A DNA stretch of 64,000 bases from Macrostomum hystrix (Eukaryota; Animalia; Platyhelminthes): assembly GCA_950097015.1 (NCBI GenBank), contig CATNEN010000008.1, forward strand, positions 4,464,001 through 4,528,000, given 5' to 3'. The first letter of the stretch is position 1, and each line of letters starts with the position of its first letter. The notes under the pieces are model-generated. The model saw nothing but the letters and a program-made list of their open reading frames with translations, searched no databases and was not told the DNA's origin. This document shows, piece after piece, positions 37,300-49,530 of the stretch. Made by a program: the position numbers and the translations under genes.

Positions 37300-37862
37300 A
37301 TTTGAGGATGGGAAGAGTGGGAGATTTGAGGATGGGGAGAGTGGAGGATGGGGGAGAGTGGGAGATTTGAGGATGGCGAGAGTGGGAGATTTGAGGATGG
37401 GGAGAGTGAGAGATTTGAGGATGGGGAGAGTGGGAGATTTGAGGATGGGAGAGTGGGAGATTTGAGGATGGGAGAGTGGGAGATTTGAGGATGGGGAGAG
37501 TGGGAGATTTGAGGATGGGGAGAGTGGGAGATTTGAGGATGGGGAGCGTGGGAGATTTGAGGATGGGAGAGTGGGAGATTTGAGGATGGGCAGAGTGGAG
37601 GATGGGGGAGAGTGGGAGATTTGAGGATGGGGAGAGTGGGAGATTTAAGGATGGGGAGAGTGGGAGATTTGAAGATGGGGAGCGTGGGAGATTTGAGGAT
37701 GGGGGAGAGTGGGAGATTTGAGGATGGGGAGAGTGGGAGATTTGAGGATGGGCAGAGTGGAGGATGGGGGAGAGTGGGAGATTTGAGGATGGCGAGAGTG
37801 GGAGATTTGAGGATGGGGAGAGTGGGAGATTTGAAAATGGGGAGCGTGGGAGATTTGAGCAT
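37300..37862. repeat. About 24-bp G-rich minisatellite (ATGGGGAGAGTGGGAGATTTGAGG)n
   Basis: Direct inspection; unit length varies from 23 to 25 bp. Confidence 0.93.
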
Positions 37863-38215
37863 CTGGATAGGGGAGAGGGGGAGAGTTGGGGATTTGAGGA
37901 GGAGAGAGAAATAGGCAGAGAAGAATAAGAGAAGAATTAAGAACATATGGAAGGCGATAGAAACTAGAAAACTATAAATTAGGAAGCTAATTGCGTAGAT
38001 ACATTAAGAGAAGTGTAAACGATAGTGTAAAATATTCGTTGGTTATTAATAAAGGTACAGTAAACAATTAGAGATTGGAGATTAATTAAAATGAGTAAAG
38101 TGACATCCCGAATCAAGTACGCGACTGTTTAAGCTATTGTAACCGTGTTTTGTTGAGTCAATTGAGTGTTGCGTCATCCTTTAATTTATCCCCTAAGTGA
38201 ATTGTGATCAAATGA

Positions 38216-41031
38216 TCAAAGGTGCGACTCCACGGTTGAAATAGTCGATATGACGCAGCAGTTACAGCCGCTGCCTATCTCGCCTATGGGCCGCTGTCCT
38301 GCCGATCTGTTGCGCGACGCAACAAAGTCCGCGTAGAGAGCGCGCACAATCTCGCCGGTTACGATGTGGCCGCAATTCAGTCGGATCATCCACACAAAGA
38401 ACAGGCCGTCGATGCGGATAAAGTCGGATTCGAATTCGTTTAGGCTTTCCTGCGTGCGGTTTTATGAGTGAAGACATGTGCACTGAGGCAAGGGTAGGAA
38501 GGGAAAGGAATCGCTGGCTCCATGTACAAATGTACACTGAGGCAAGGGAAGGAAAGGAAAGGAATCGCTGGCTCAATGTACAAATGTACACTGAGGCAAG
38601 GGAAGGAAAGGAAAAGACTCGCTGGCTCCATGTACAAATGTACAAAGGGGCAAGGGAAGGAAAGGAAAATAATCGCTGGCTCTATGTACAAATGTACAAA
38701 GGGGCAAGGGAAGGAAAGGAAAATAATCGCTGGCTCCATGTACAAATGTACAAAGGGGCAAGGGAAGGAAAGGAAAATAATCGCTGGCTCCATGTACAAA
38801 TGTACAAAGGGGCAAGGGAAGGAAAGGAAAATAATCGCTGGCTCCATGTACAAATGTACAAAGGGGCAAGGGAAGGAAAGGAAAAGACTCGCTGGCTCCA
38901 TGTACAAATGTACACTAAGATCAGAGAAGAAAAGCAATCGGGGGTGGAGCCAGCCTGTGCCTACAAACCTCATTTTGTACGTTTTCCTGATAGCCACAGC
39001 CCTTGATGAGTGACCGTAGGCACTCGCGCCGACTGCAGGCCAGTGTGAATCTGCGCAGCCAGGTCAGAACGCTGGTGGCACTGACCACGGTCGCAATCGT
39101 AAAGTAGAACCACAGGATGATGTAGACCTTCTCAGTGAAGATGTTCGAACTCATGGTGCAGTAGGTTGTGGCGCTATTAACACTCGTGAGATCCTGATAT
39201 GACAGGTGACACACTCCGAGCCTAGATAAACATAGATTATAGATGACTGTGGAGCATTGTAACAGACCAGCGGTTAGAAGAAAGGAGAGCTGGAAAGCAG
39301 CAGAACTGAGGATGTCGGGAACTGGGAATAAGGAGAGGGAGGAGTCGAGAAAAAAATTGGTAAAATAAAAGAATGGAATTTTAAAAGAATGGAAGAAGGG
39401 AAAGAATTAAAGATGGGAGAGGGGAAGAATCGATAATGGGGAGAGGGGAAGAATTGATGATGGGGAGAGGGGAAGAATTGATGATGGGGAGAGGGGAAGA
39501 ATTGATGATGGGGAGAGGGGAAGAATTGATGATGGGGAGAGGGGAAGAATTGATCATGGGGAGAGGGGAAGAATTGATGATGGGGAGTGGGGAAGAACTG
39601 ATGATGGGGAGTGGGGAAGAACTGATGATGGGGAGAGGGGAAGAATTGATGATGGGACGAGGGGAAGAATTAGGGAATAAGAAGGATAGGGTAGAAGAGT
39701 GGAATGGGAAAGGGGAGTGCAGTATAACAGTCGGTGCATCTGTCTCACCTGGGCAGCACCATGGTAACTTCCCAGTCGAGTCCCGTGGTGATGTTTCTCA
39801 ACAGGTCAGCTCCAAAGGACAGCGAGTCGAAGCCGAGAAACTTTCTCATGAGCTCCAGCTGCAGCACCAGTACAGTCAAGCCGACTAGCTTTGTTGCCAG
39901 GTACATGACGAAGGTGTAGTTACCGAAGCGCTTGCTAACTGGGCACCATGGCAACCGCCGGTGCAGTGCCGTCGCCCAGTCCACCAGTTTGCCGCGCCGG
40001 TATTCGCGCGTAGCTAACAGCAGGTCCTTGAGGCAGCTGGTCAGCTCACCGACTCTCTCAGCCCGCTTGCCCGGCGGCAGAAGCGATGCCTCTCTAGCCG
40101 AAGCGGCGATGAAGGCCAGGTGAGAGGCCGGCCGACTGAAGCAGAGCAAGTCGAACAGGGCCTTCGGCAGGTAGGAGAGTAGAGCTTGGATGCCAAGCAG
40201 CAGGGGCACCCACAGGTAGTAGCCTGCGGTGTTCATTTAAAACAGCGTGGTCGCTTCAGTTCTCAACGATTCTCAATTTATATCGACAACCTGTCCATCT
40301 CACCTGTTCATTTCTGCTGTACTCTCAGTCTATCACACATTCGCTCTCACTATCCCTCATTTCACTCGTTATCCTAATTTATCCCATTATCCTCATCAGC
40401 TCCTTATCCTCAAATCTTCTCCATATCCCTCGTTTCACTCCTTATCCTCATTTCTCTCCTTATCCACCATGACTCTCCTTATCCCCCATTTCTCTCCTAA
40501 TTCTCAATTTCTCTCCTTATCCCCATTTCTCTCCTTATCCCCCATTTCTCTTCTTATCCCCATTTATCTCCTTATCCCCATTTCTCTCCTTATCCCCATT
40601 TCTCTTGATCCTCAATTTCTCTCCTTATCCCCATTTCTCTCCTTATCCCCATTTCTCTCCTTATCCCCATTTCTCTTAATCTTCAATTTCTCCTCACAAT
40701 CCCACTCACGAATGACAAAGTGGTTCTTTCTGAGCCATTGTTCATTCACATAGGGCAGTTCGTCGGTCATGCGGAGCGGGTAGACGCCGGTCACCCAGCA
40801 GTAGCTCTCGATCATCTGAGCGTCCATCATGGTCAGTGGCGTGAACGGCTTGTGCAGCAGCATGCAGGATATGGGCTTGGTGAAGTACTCCTTGGCGCCG
40901 ATGACCAGACTGCTGACCAGCAGAACAATGCCGCTTAGAAGGAATGTGACCCGATCGCCAAAGTCCAGCAAAGCGGCTGGTGCCAGCAGGCCGGAGCTGC
41001 GAACATAGTCGAAGAATTTGAAGATCGTCAT
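38216..41031 (-). CDS. inx: Innexin (gap-junction protein, 427 aa, 4 exons)
   Basis: Exons 41031-40710, 40223-39749, 39221-38969 and 38449-38216, in frame. Innexin motifs DFGDRV...AKEYFTKPISC, ESYCW, RYYLWVP, LPRLGVC, YCTM..N...EKVYIILWFY and DGLFFVWMIRLNCG. Confidence 0.93.
38484..38916. repeat. 63-bp tandem repeat in innexin intron 3
   Basis: About 7 units of GGCAAGGGAAGGAAAGGAAAATAATCGCTGGCTCCATGTACAAATGTACAAAGG-type sequence. Confidence 0.93.
39410..39670. repeat. 24-bp minisatellite (ATGGGGAGAGGGGAAGAATTGATG)n in innexin intron 2
   Basis: Direct inspection. Confidence 0.92.
40480..40680. repeat. 18-bp minisatellite (CTCCTTATCCCCATTTCT)n in innexin intron 1
   Basis: Direct inspection. 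Confidence 0.88.
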
Positions 41032-41571
41032 TAGCGTGAGTCAAGACCGGCTGGTCTTCTCCAGCCAGAGATCGGATCATTAGTTTAAATAAAATGAACC
41101 CAGGTGGCATACAGAGAACATGTAGCCGAGCACGCGTTCGTTTGTAGCGCTAAATGTTTTTTGAAGCGATACATCGAAAATAATTATTCCCATCCAAGTA
41201 AATTACAGTTTTCCGCCCTCTGTGTTTTTACAGGAATTCGGTAGAGTTTTAGCTTAGGCAAACATTGCGCACTATTCGGTACAATTTTGTTTAACAGAGC
41301 AGCACGACTGGCACTTGGCAGTCCAACAGTGCGCACAGCGCTGGGTGGAGGGAACAAGTAGGCTGGGTCCATTTGACTGCTCACGGCCGAGCTCGGGGGG
41401 AGGGAGGGCAAAACGGCACCGAAGGAGAGAGAAGAAATGCAGCGAGAGACTCAGATAAGAGAACAAATAAAAAGCATGACAGAAAGGACTGCCTGGGCTA
41501 GGCAAAACAAGTTGCCATAAATTTCTGAAACAGGAAAACTCGGCAAAAGCGCCAGCAGCGAAAGCGGCAAG

Positions 41572-43790
41572 ATGCAGCTAGCACAGCAGCCGAAGCAGCA
41601 GCCAAATGTGGTATCGAAACTAGTCGGAAAAATCAAAGACGAAGCCAGCTCACTGAAACAGCGACTGCACAATGGGGCCGCTGCAGAGAGCCCCGCGGCA
41701 GCGACAGCTCAGGAGGACGAAGACATTCGCGGAGATGCAGTCAGACAGGCGGCCAAGAGTCACGCCGCCCTGCTGCGCTTTTGCCAGCCCGGCCTCGGTC
41801 GCAGAATCTGCGCCAACTGCCAGGCCGAGGATGACGGCTGCCTTCGCTGGAACCTCGGCCCGCTGTTTCAGCAGCACAAGCAGCAGCAGGATCCGCAGCA
41901 GCAGCAAGATACAATGAGCAGCAGGGAGCAGGGCCGGCTGCTGGCGATGGCCTTCAATCCGATGCAGCCAGTTGTGCAGCGACTGCACGATCTGGCTAGC
42001 GGCGAGGGCGAACTCGGCTTCGACTCCAGCGACGAGACCTATGAGATGATCAACCTGGCCACTGAGTTTCTGCACGGGCTGTGCACCAATCATCTGGCTC
42101 CGATTATGCCTCTGCTGTTCAAGGTGAGCGGCGAGTTCTGCTCTACGCTGATTGGTTAAAAAATCGTATATATGAGTGGGGGAGTGAGGTTGTTAGTCTA
42201 ATTAAGGGCGGAGGGGTAGAGAGTGAATTGACTGGACCAATGAGGAAGGACGCAGAGGGGTAGGGAATGTGGCTGTCCTAGTAAATGAAAAGTGACGAAG
42301 ATATGCATACAACAATTTAACCTTTGGCACCATCGGAAGGACTCAAGTGTCACTCTGATTGGCAGCTGGGCCCAGGAGACGGCCCTCCGTTGCTTCCACC
42401 CCACTCTGGATTATGTCATCTCCATGCCAGCGTGGCTGCGGGCCAACAAGCTCTGCGTGTGCGACACGGCCGGCGTCACCCAGACAGTGCTGCGGCCGGC
42501 GGCCTCCTCCGGTTGGCTGCCGTTCGAGACCAGCGTGCACCAGGCCCTGGTGTGCGGAGTCGAGCGAGTCGTGGCCAACACGGCCGCCGCTGTGCTGCAA
42601 GACTCTGCTGAGTCGCCGGTGCGCCCGGACTCGAGCCGGCGCATCAGTTGCAACGCCGGCGCCGGCGACTCCACGCTGGCCTGGCTGCCGAAGAGGGCCA
42701 GCCTGCCGGTGCTCTGCCACACCAGCTCCGGGGGGGTGCGCGCCGCCACTCTGCGCCTGTTCTTCGGCGCCCCCTGCTGCCTGCTGGGCGGCGGCAGCGG
42801 AGAGCGCGGCCTGTTTGGCCACCTGCTGCTGGGCTTCAGTCAGCCAAGAATGCTCTGCTTGGCCAGGTGAGCGTAAAGGACGGAAAATTTTGATTCAGTT
42901 GGTGGAATTTCACGAAAACCGGTCATTCGTTTGGGGAGCTGTCGTGAAGAAGGCAGTGGAGTGGGTATTTGAAATACCCCGAGGTATTTCTCGATGGGTG
43001 AAATAGCTTGGTCTTTCAACTGTCAAGAGAGATGCGCGATGAGTGTCTGGGGGCTGAGAGACGGAGACGGTAAACGGGCTCTCGCAAATCCCAAATTATA
43101 TTATCGACGAGGCTTGTTGAGCGATTCGCACTTGTGAGGGCCACTAGAAAGTATGTTTACGTCAGTGGAGCTTGCTGCTGAATGGCGCAGGAGATGATGG
43201 TCTCATCATTGACGGGTGCGGTAAGTCCTATCTCTCTCGAATATTCTACTCGCAGGGAGGAGCAGGCCGCCTTGCTCTCTGGCGCTGACGGACCCGATCA
43301 TCCTCGACTGCGCATTCTGCGAATCCTGAAATTCCTCCTGACCGTCGGCCAGCAGCTCAGCCTGGAGAAGAGCGAGATCTCCCGGCCGGACAGTCAGCTC
43401 AGCTTTCAGGCGGTCTGCTCGGTGCGCGAGTCTCTGCGCCGATTCGAGTCCGACAACGACGGCACCGCCTTCTTCCGGGCAAACTTCTCCCGCAGACTAG
43501 AGGAGACAGTCGACCTGCTGCTGGACAAAAGCCGGCCGCTCACCTACTTCGGACCGGACTGGGCGTTCGCCGGAGTCAGCAAGAGGCCGCTGCCGCCGAC
43601 AACGCTCAGCCTGCTGGCCTGTATTCGCTCCAAGGGCCGGCAGCAGGAAGCCGACGCCCTGGTGGACCTGCTGCTGCAGTACCAGCGAATGAAGGAGGAC
43701 TCGCCCAACGGCAAGCAGGATAAGCTGCTGGGCAAGATCGACAAGGCAATGAAGGCTCTGCTAGCCGGGGTCGATGGAAGCTCGAAGTGA
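41572..43790 (+). CDS. Uncharacterised protein (about 525 aa, 3 exons)
   Basis: Exons 41572-42123 (AAG|GTGAGC), 42376-42866 (CAG|GAG ... AG|GTGAGC) and 43256-43790 (CGCAG|G). Phases 0 and 2 join in frame. GC-rich codon usage. No family recognised. Confidence 0.72.
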
Positions 43791-44891
43791 TCTGCGAGGT
43801 GGGACTTTTATCGCAGCTGAACTTTTTATGTACTGCTTTCCCTGGTTGCATCTTAATTGATGTTAGAGATAAAATACAATTGCACAATTGCTTGCACAAT
43901 GCCATGTACATCTAAATGTACACTAAAATGCACAACAGAATGTACATCTGAATGTGAAAATGGATGTACATTACAGTGTACATAGCAAAGTACGCCAGAA
44001 ATGTACGTAGCAGTGCACAAATGCATTGAGTGCATATTGACGCACTCAATTGCACAGGAATTCATAGATAACATCTGTTATCGAACTTCAGGAAGTAATC
44101 ATCTAAAAACCTTAGGTGCACACAGATGTATATTTTAGTGCAGCCTTTAAGAATGTGCTATTGTATCATGTCCTGAATATTCGCTTCAAATGAAGTGTTC
44201 CGAACGGAGAACATGCCTTAAATGCTAAGCTTAACACATTCTTACGCTTTGTTGTATCTATCCTAAAAACTATTTACAAAGCTTCCTTAAAACTGATCAT
44301 ATTTTACGAGTATTAATTGATATTTAGCCTATAGCAAAAACAGAAATGTTATACTGTTTATTCCACTTTTATCCTATTTTACAATTTCACAATAAATCGA
44401 GCATACTACTCAATAGAGGAGCACAGAAGTATCTTCCGCGAGGATAAAAAATGAACTCTTAAGCTTGAACTCGGTCGTGAAACAGTTTTTGGGTCATTTG
44501 CTTTGTCCACAACGGCGTTCCAAAAAGTTGGAAGCTGGGAAATGACAAGCCGGGTGCAAAAATGCGGACCAACTGGAACACATTTCATAGTTGTAATTGG
44601 TTGAATTTTCACTTGCTGCATTGCTTCAAACAGTGAAGGGACTGCGGGAAATAATACAAAATACCTGATCGTTTCCCAGTTTTTGCAACAGTATTTTGCA
44701 ACTCCTAAAATATTTAAGCAACTGGGCACAATATGACAAGGAAATATAATTGAATGGACACTGAGAACAAAAAGTATCATATCAAGCTAGGATTTAACAT
44801 TACCGAAGATATTAATGGTGCAACGACATGTTATAAAACATTGACACAAACTGACTACATGCTTAGAATAAGTAATTCTATGCAGCTTAAA

Positions 44892-45255
44892 GGGGGGTCG
44901 GTGGCAGAGCGGTTATCGCGCTTGCCACTCGCACCAAGGTCCCTAAGTTCGATTCCACGGCGAGGCCACATTTATGTGGGGCGCAGCCGCGGAGAGAAGG
45001 CTTGGTGGCTTGTGCAATTTACGCCCTTGAGGGCCAACCTCCAAGGCACAGTTCGAGTGTACGCTGCCTGACGATGAGAAAGTCAGGGCAGATGTACACA
45101 CCTGTGTGAGCGTATGCCTGCGTAGAGTATCTGTGTGTGTGTGTGCTCAGGAGTCAGCGAAATGGGCAGAATTGCCTCCTCGCTGGCTGCGGGTCTAGTG
45201 TCACCAAATGATGTGCCATTGCTCGCAGCCCTCCTGCAATTATTATTATTATTAT
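44892..45255 (+). mobile_element. SINE family 1, full length with 13-bp target-site duplication
   Basis: A box TGGCAGAGCGG, B box GTTCGATTCC, (ATT)n tail. TATGCAGCTTAAA at both 44879-44891 and 45256-45268. Confidence 0.92.
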
Positions 45256-45595
45256 TATGCAGCTTAAATGACAACTAGAATTCTAGGTATAAAATCAGGA
45301 AGGGGTGGGTAATCAGCAACCCAGAATGAGTGATTAACCAGTGCTTCAATTCACCCATCTGTGAAGCGAGCAGCTACTAGTATTCATCACACGGCCTAAT
45401 TGGGCTAGGTGAAAATATTACTACAGCAAACTAAGAATCAAAACAAAAATTTGGTGTACAAATCCTGCTGCAATTATTTGTTAAATAAATATAGCAAAAT
45501 TTCGATTAACTTTAATAAAATTTTGTTTGCAGCTAAAAAATTCAACAGATTAAGACAGAAATAGCAAACAAAAAACTGAAATTAACATCACTAGA

Positions 45596-48500
45596 TTAAG
45601 AAGCCTTTGACAAGTGCTGCTGCTGCTGCTGCTTGCTGATGAGGGCCAGGGGGGCCATGAGGCAGATGGCAGTAACCCGGTGGAAATAAGCCACGAAGGC
45701 AAACACCAGAGCCAGGTAGGCCGCAATGAGGCTAGCCAGGAACAGGTCAAACAGAGCCGGTTTAACAATGTGCACACTGAGCACAGAGTCCGCTGAGTCG
45801 TAGATCACAACCTCCGGCTCCTTCTTGTCCGGCCGAAACGTGGCCAGCCGGTAGTCTCGCACAAGCGGAGACAGCATGCTCTGCAGGGTCTGCACGTAGG
45901 CGTCCGAACGGCGCAAATTGTGATAAGCCCTATGATCGTGCTCAAGCAGTTGAGCATAGCTGCGCCAGTTCGATTCGGCATCTTCGGCTGAGCCAGCGGA
46001 GTCAATGTCAGCGTACACGTGCCGCATCATCTGTTCGTCGGTGACATTGGCCACCGGATTAAGCAGCAGATCCAGGAGAGACTTAGCCACGGCGCGATAG
46101 TTTGAGTCTAGCTGGCGCCAGTCGATCCGACGGTCGAGCAGGCTGAGCCGGTGCGAGCAGTCTGCGTGGGTGGGGCACTGGCTCAGTGTCAGGCCTGGCA
46201 GGCGCTTGATTGAGAATCTCTCGTGCTCCCAGGGCAGCCACTCGTTAGCCAGGTTAATCTTCTTCTGGCGCAATTGCACCTGTCACATGGAATATTGTTC
46301 ACAATTGATTCTTAACTATAATTTATAACTGCGTGTGAGATTCGAACTCGCGGACTGTCTTTTACTTATTTGCAGGAACGGCATGCCGACGAACTAGGCG
46401 GGAGTCGCCCATCGCGCCATCTGGACCCCTGGAAACAGGCACCTCACACAAGCAGCAAGCCAAGCGTGGAAGGGGCGGCAGCCGGAGTGCCTCTCACCCC
46501 AGGCCTCCACACGCACAGAGCTGACCAAACCAGGTGAGGACTTAGATGCCTGAAGGGTTGGGACGAGAGGACCAAGCCACGCGCGCAGACGGCTGGTGAA
46601 ACCTCGCCGCTCAGAGCACGCATGGCTGGTGCACACCCGCCCCACCCCCCATACAACGCCTCACACCCGGCCCAACGCACAAACACAAACACAAACAAGC
46701 AGGCATGCAGAAGGCAAGGGTTAAGCTATTTTTAATAAGCCTTGGTTGCACAAAATAAGGTGCATCTCCGCAAGTCACTACTTCGCAAACCTCAAACTAA
46801 GCCCCGAAATAATCGTGACTTGGAGGGAGGAACGAACCAGCGACCATTGGAAAGTGAGGCAGCGACACTAGCCGCCGACCCACTCACCCCCTTCCCGGAC
46901 TGTCACGGTTAGATAACAAAATTAAAATAAAAAAACATAACTAACGCGTTTGCCTCTCGCACTAAAGTCCCTGAACTCGATTCCGCGGCGAGGCCACATT
47001 TAACTTGCGCTGCTGCCTCGGAGAGAATTGGCTTGGGGGCTTGTAGCGCAATTTTATAGACCCTTAAAGGGGCCAACCTCCGAGGCCCAGCAAAAGTGCA
47101 CTCTGCCTGACGATGAGAAAGTCGGGTCAGATGTACACACCTGTATGTACACCTGGATGTACAGAACATGATGTACCAGTGCCCGGAGCCCTTCTGAAAA
47201 TATTATTATTATTATTACGCAACTAACGGGACATAAACTGAAGCTCGTAACATAGTGGGTAATAATGTTATAATAATTTGCAGGTGACACTAGACCCGCA
47301 GCCAGCGAGGAAGAATTTCTGCCTATTTCGCTGACTCCTGAGCACACACGCACACAGATACTGTACGCAGGCACACGCTCACACAAGTGTGTACATCTGC
47401 CCTGACTTTCTCATTGTCAGGCAGCGTACACTCTCACTGTGCCTTGGATGTTGGCCCTCAAGGGCTTAGATCGCACGACAAGCCCCCAAGCCTTCTCTCC
47501 GCTGCTGCGCCTCAAATAAATGCGGCCCCCAGCCTAGTGGTTAGATTTTTTAATACTCAAATTTGAGACGATGCTCACAGTATCGGGTTGGTCGGAGTGC
47601 CGACGCAATCTCTCGTAGAAGGAGTGCATCAAGCTACCCTCCTTGGGCAGTTTGCTGACGTGCAGATTAACAGCCGGCTGGAGGCCCACGGATTCCAGGC
47701 ACAGGGCCATGGCAACCCGGCTGAGCACAGCCGAATCGGCCGATTCCAGATTCTCTTCAATCCATCGCTTGGTGCCGAAATAGGACAGCTTGCCGCCGCT
47801 GCTGAGAAGGAACAGGACGCTGTACTTCGGCCTGACGCCCGGCATGCTGTAATAATAAGACAGCAGGCGAGCCAGCCGCAGCAATAGCAGCATGCCACTG
47901 CCGTTGCTGTCAAAGCCGCGGCCGAGGGTCGGCGCGGAGCCGAACCAATCAATGTAGGCCGATATCACTATAGTGCCATCGGCGCTTTGGTGCCCAGCTG
48001 AGCCAGCACCTCCAGCGGCTGCGGCGGCTGCAGCGGCGGCTTCATTGCCGGACGACATTGGCGAAGCTGGCTGAGGATGCAGAAATCCGTGCATAGCAAC
48101 AAACTCTAGGCTGTCAATCGGTTTGCTCTGGGCAGCCCTAGCAGCCAAATGGTAGGTATTGCCCAGCACGGAATTAACTATTAGACGAATTGGCGAATTG
48201 AAATCGTTCGACTGATCAATGCGACGCATGTCATCGAAGACTCGACCGAAATCTGGCGTCTCCACTAGGAAGTAGACAGGAATCGGGACATTGTCGCCCC
48301 ACAGATCCTGTTAGGTTGGGAATTACAAGTTCGAAGTGAAATCTTTGCCGTTCTGTTTCTTAGAATTCAAGCTTTTATTATAACAAAAATGGAATTTAAT
48401 TTCTCACCTGCTCCAGCGAGTGCAGCGCAGTACGCACTTCGTCCGTCTCGGCGCCGGCCGCGGCGGAGGAGCTGTTCAGCAGCTCCGGTGGCAGCAGGAT

Positions 48501-49102
48501 CAGAATAGCGCCGACATTGTCCTGGACTAGGCGCCTGATTACTGCGCCAGACAGCTCCTGCGGGTGGGGCGGATGCGTGAGATCCCGAAATGAGGATCTG
48601 CGAATGCCGAAATCTCAAAATCTCAGACCTGATAATTTAATTAGTACTCCCAACTTGAGGATCTGGGAACGTCTTAATCCCAATAAAAGGGTCTAAGAGT
48701 AGGGTTATCCCAACTTGAGGATCTGGGAATGTCTTAATCCCAATAAAAGGGTCTAAGAGTAGGGCCTCAATGCCCAACTTGAGGATCTGGGAACGTCTGA
48801 ATCCCAATATAGACTCCAAAAGGTAGTTAATCCAACCTATATTTTTCGGTTCGTAAAATGAGGGAGTCTATTCTAACCAGAGGATCCGTGATTATTGATA
48901 AGATTGATAATAGAACGCTTATCAAAGCTAGATACTGTGGCACGTCTCACCTGAACCCTAGCCACCACGCATTTTCTATTCAACTGTCCCGAGCCTATAG
49001 TCCTAGCTTCAAAGTTGAGTAGGGCGCTGCGACTTCCATAGCGGGAGCCAAACATGTCGAACTGGTGCAGACGGTAGATGGGCACATCGGAAACTGTAGC
49101 CA

Positions 49103-49133
<31 letters not shown>

Positions 49134-49268
49134 AGTGGCAGCTTCCTGACCGGCCAGTTGGCAGCGAGTGGGCGCCACCAGCAGCACAATCGATAGCACG
49201 CAGATGAGCGAAGCTGGCGTGAAACTGCGAGCCAGGTCTTCGCAGAGATTTGCCAAGTCGTGAATCAT
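45596..49268 (-). CDS. NCLN: Nicalin (inactive M28-like ER membrane protein, about 626 aa, 4 exons)
   Basis: Exons 49268-48951, 48557-48408, 48307-47579 and 46279-45596, all phase 0. Motifs YRLHQFD...YGSRSALLNFEAR, GAILILLP, PVYF, DSNGSG..LLxLARL, GGKLSYFGTKRWIE, KKINLA..WEHERFSIKRLP and a C-terminal TM. Confidence 0.95.
46943..47217 (+). mobile_element. SINE family 1 copy (5'-eroded, internally deleted) in nicalin intron 3
   Basis: CTCGATTCCGCGGCGAGGCCACATT and TGCCTGACGATGAGAAAGTC shared with other copies; (ATT)n tail. Confidence 0.8.
47262..47533 (-). mobile_element. SINE family 1 copy lacking the tRNA head, inverted relative to 46943-47217
   Basis: The reverse complement matches the body and 3' end of 44892-45255. 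Confidence 0.85.
48645..48815. repeat. About 60-bp tandem repeat x3 in nicalin intron 1
   Basis: CCCAACTTGAGGATCTGGGAACGTC at 60-64 bp spacing. A further short copy lies near 49343. Confidence 0.85.
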
Positions 49269-49383
49269 TATTGCTTTGCTTTTTGCACTGCTGTGTGGAA
49301 CTGTTATGGAACTGGAAATGTGCATAAAAAGTCGAAAGTCTCAACTTGAGGATCTGGGATTTTAAGTCTTGTGCTTTGTGAAA

Positions 49384-49530
49384 AATATGTAATTATGTAT
49401 GCATGTATGTATGTACATTATGTAAGATGAATATGTAATTATGTATGCATGTATGTATGTACATTATGTAAGATGAATAAGCAATTATGTATGCATGCAT
49501 GTATGTACATTATGTAAGATTAATATGTAC
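49384..49530. repeat. 46-bp AT-rich tandem repeat x3
   Basis: Units start at 49384 and 49430, with a third degenerate copy. Confidence 0.85.

Noticed and set aside
43182-43255. Alternative start MAQEMMV for the last exon of the orphan gene
   Set aside because: The phase-2 acceptor at 43255 joins exon 2 correctly, so the upstream in-frame stretch is best read as intron.
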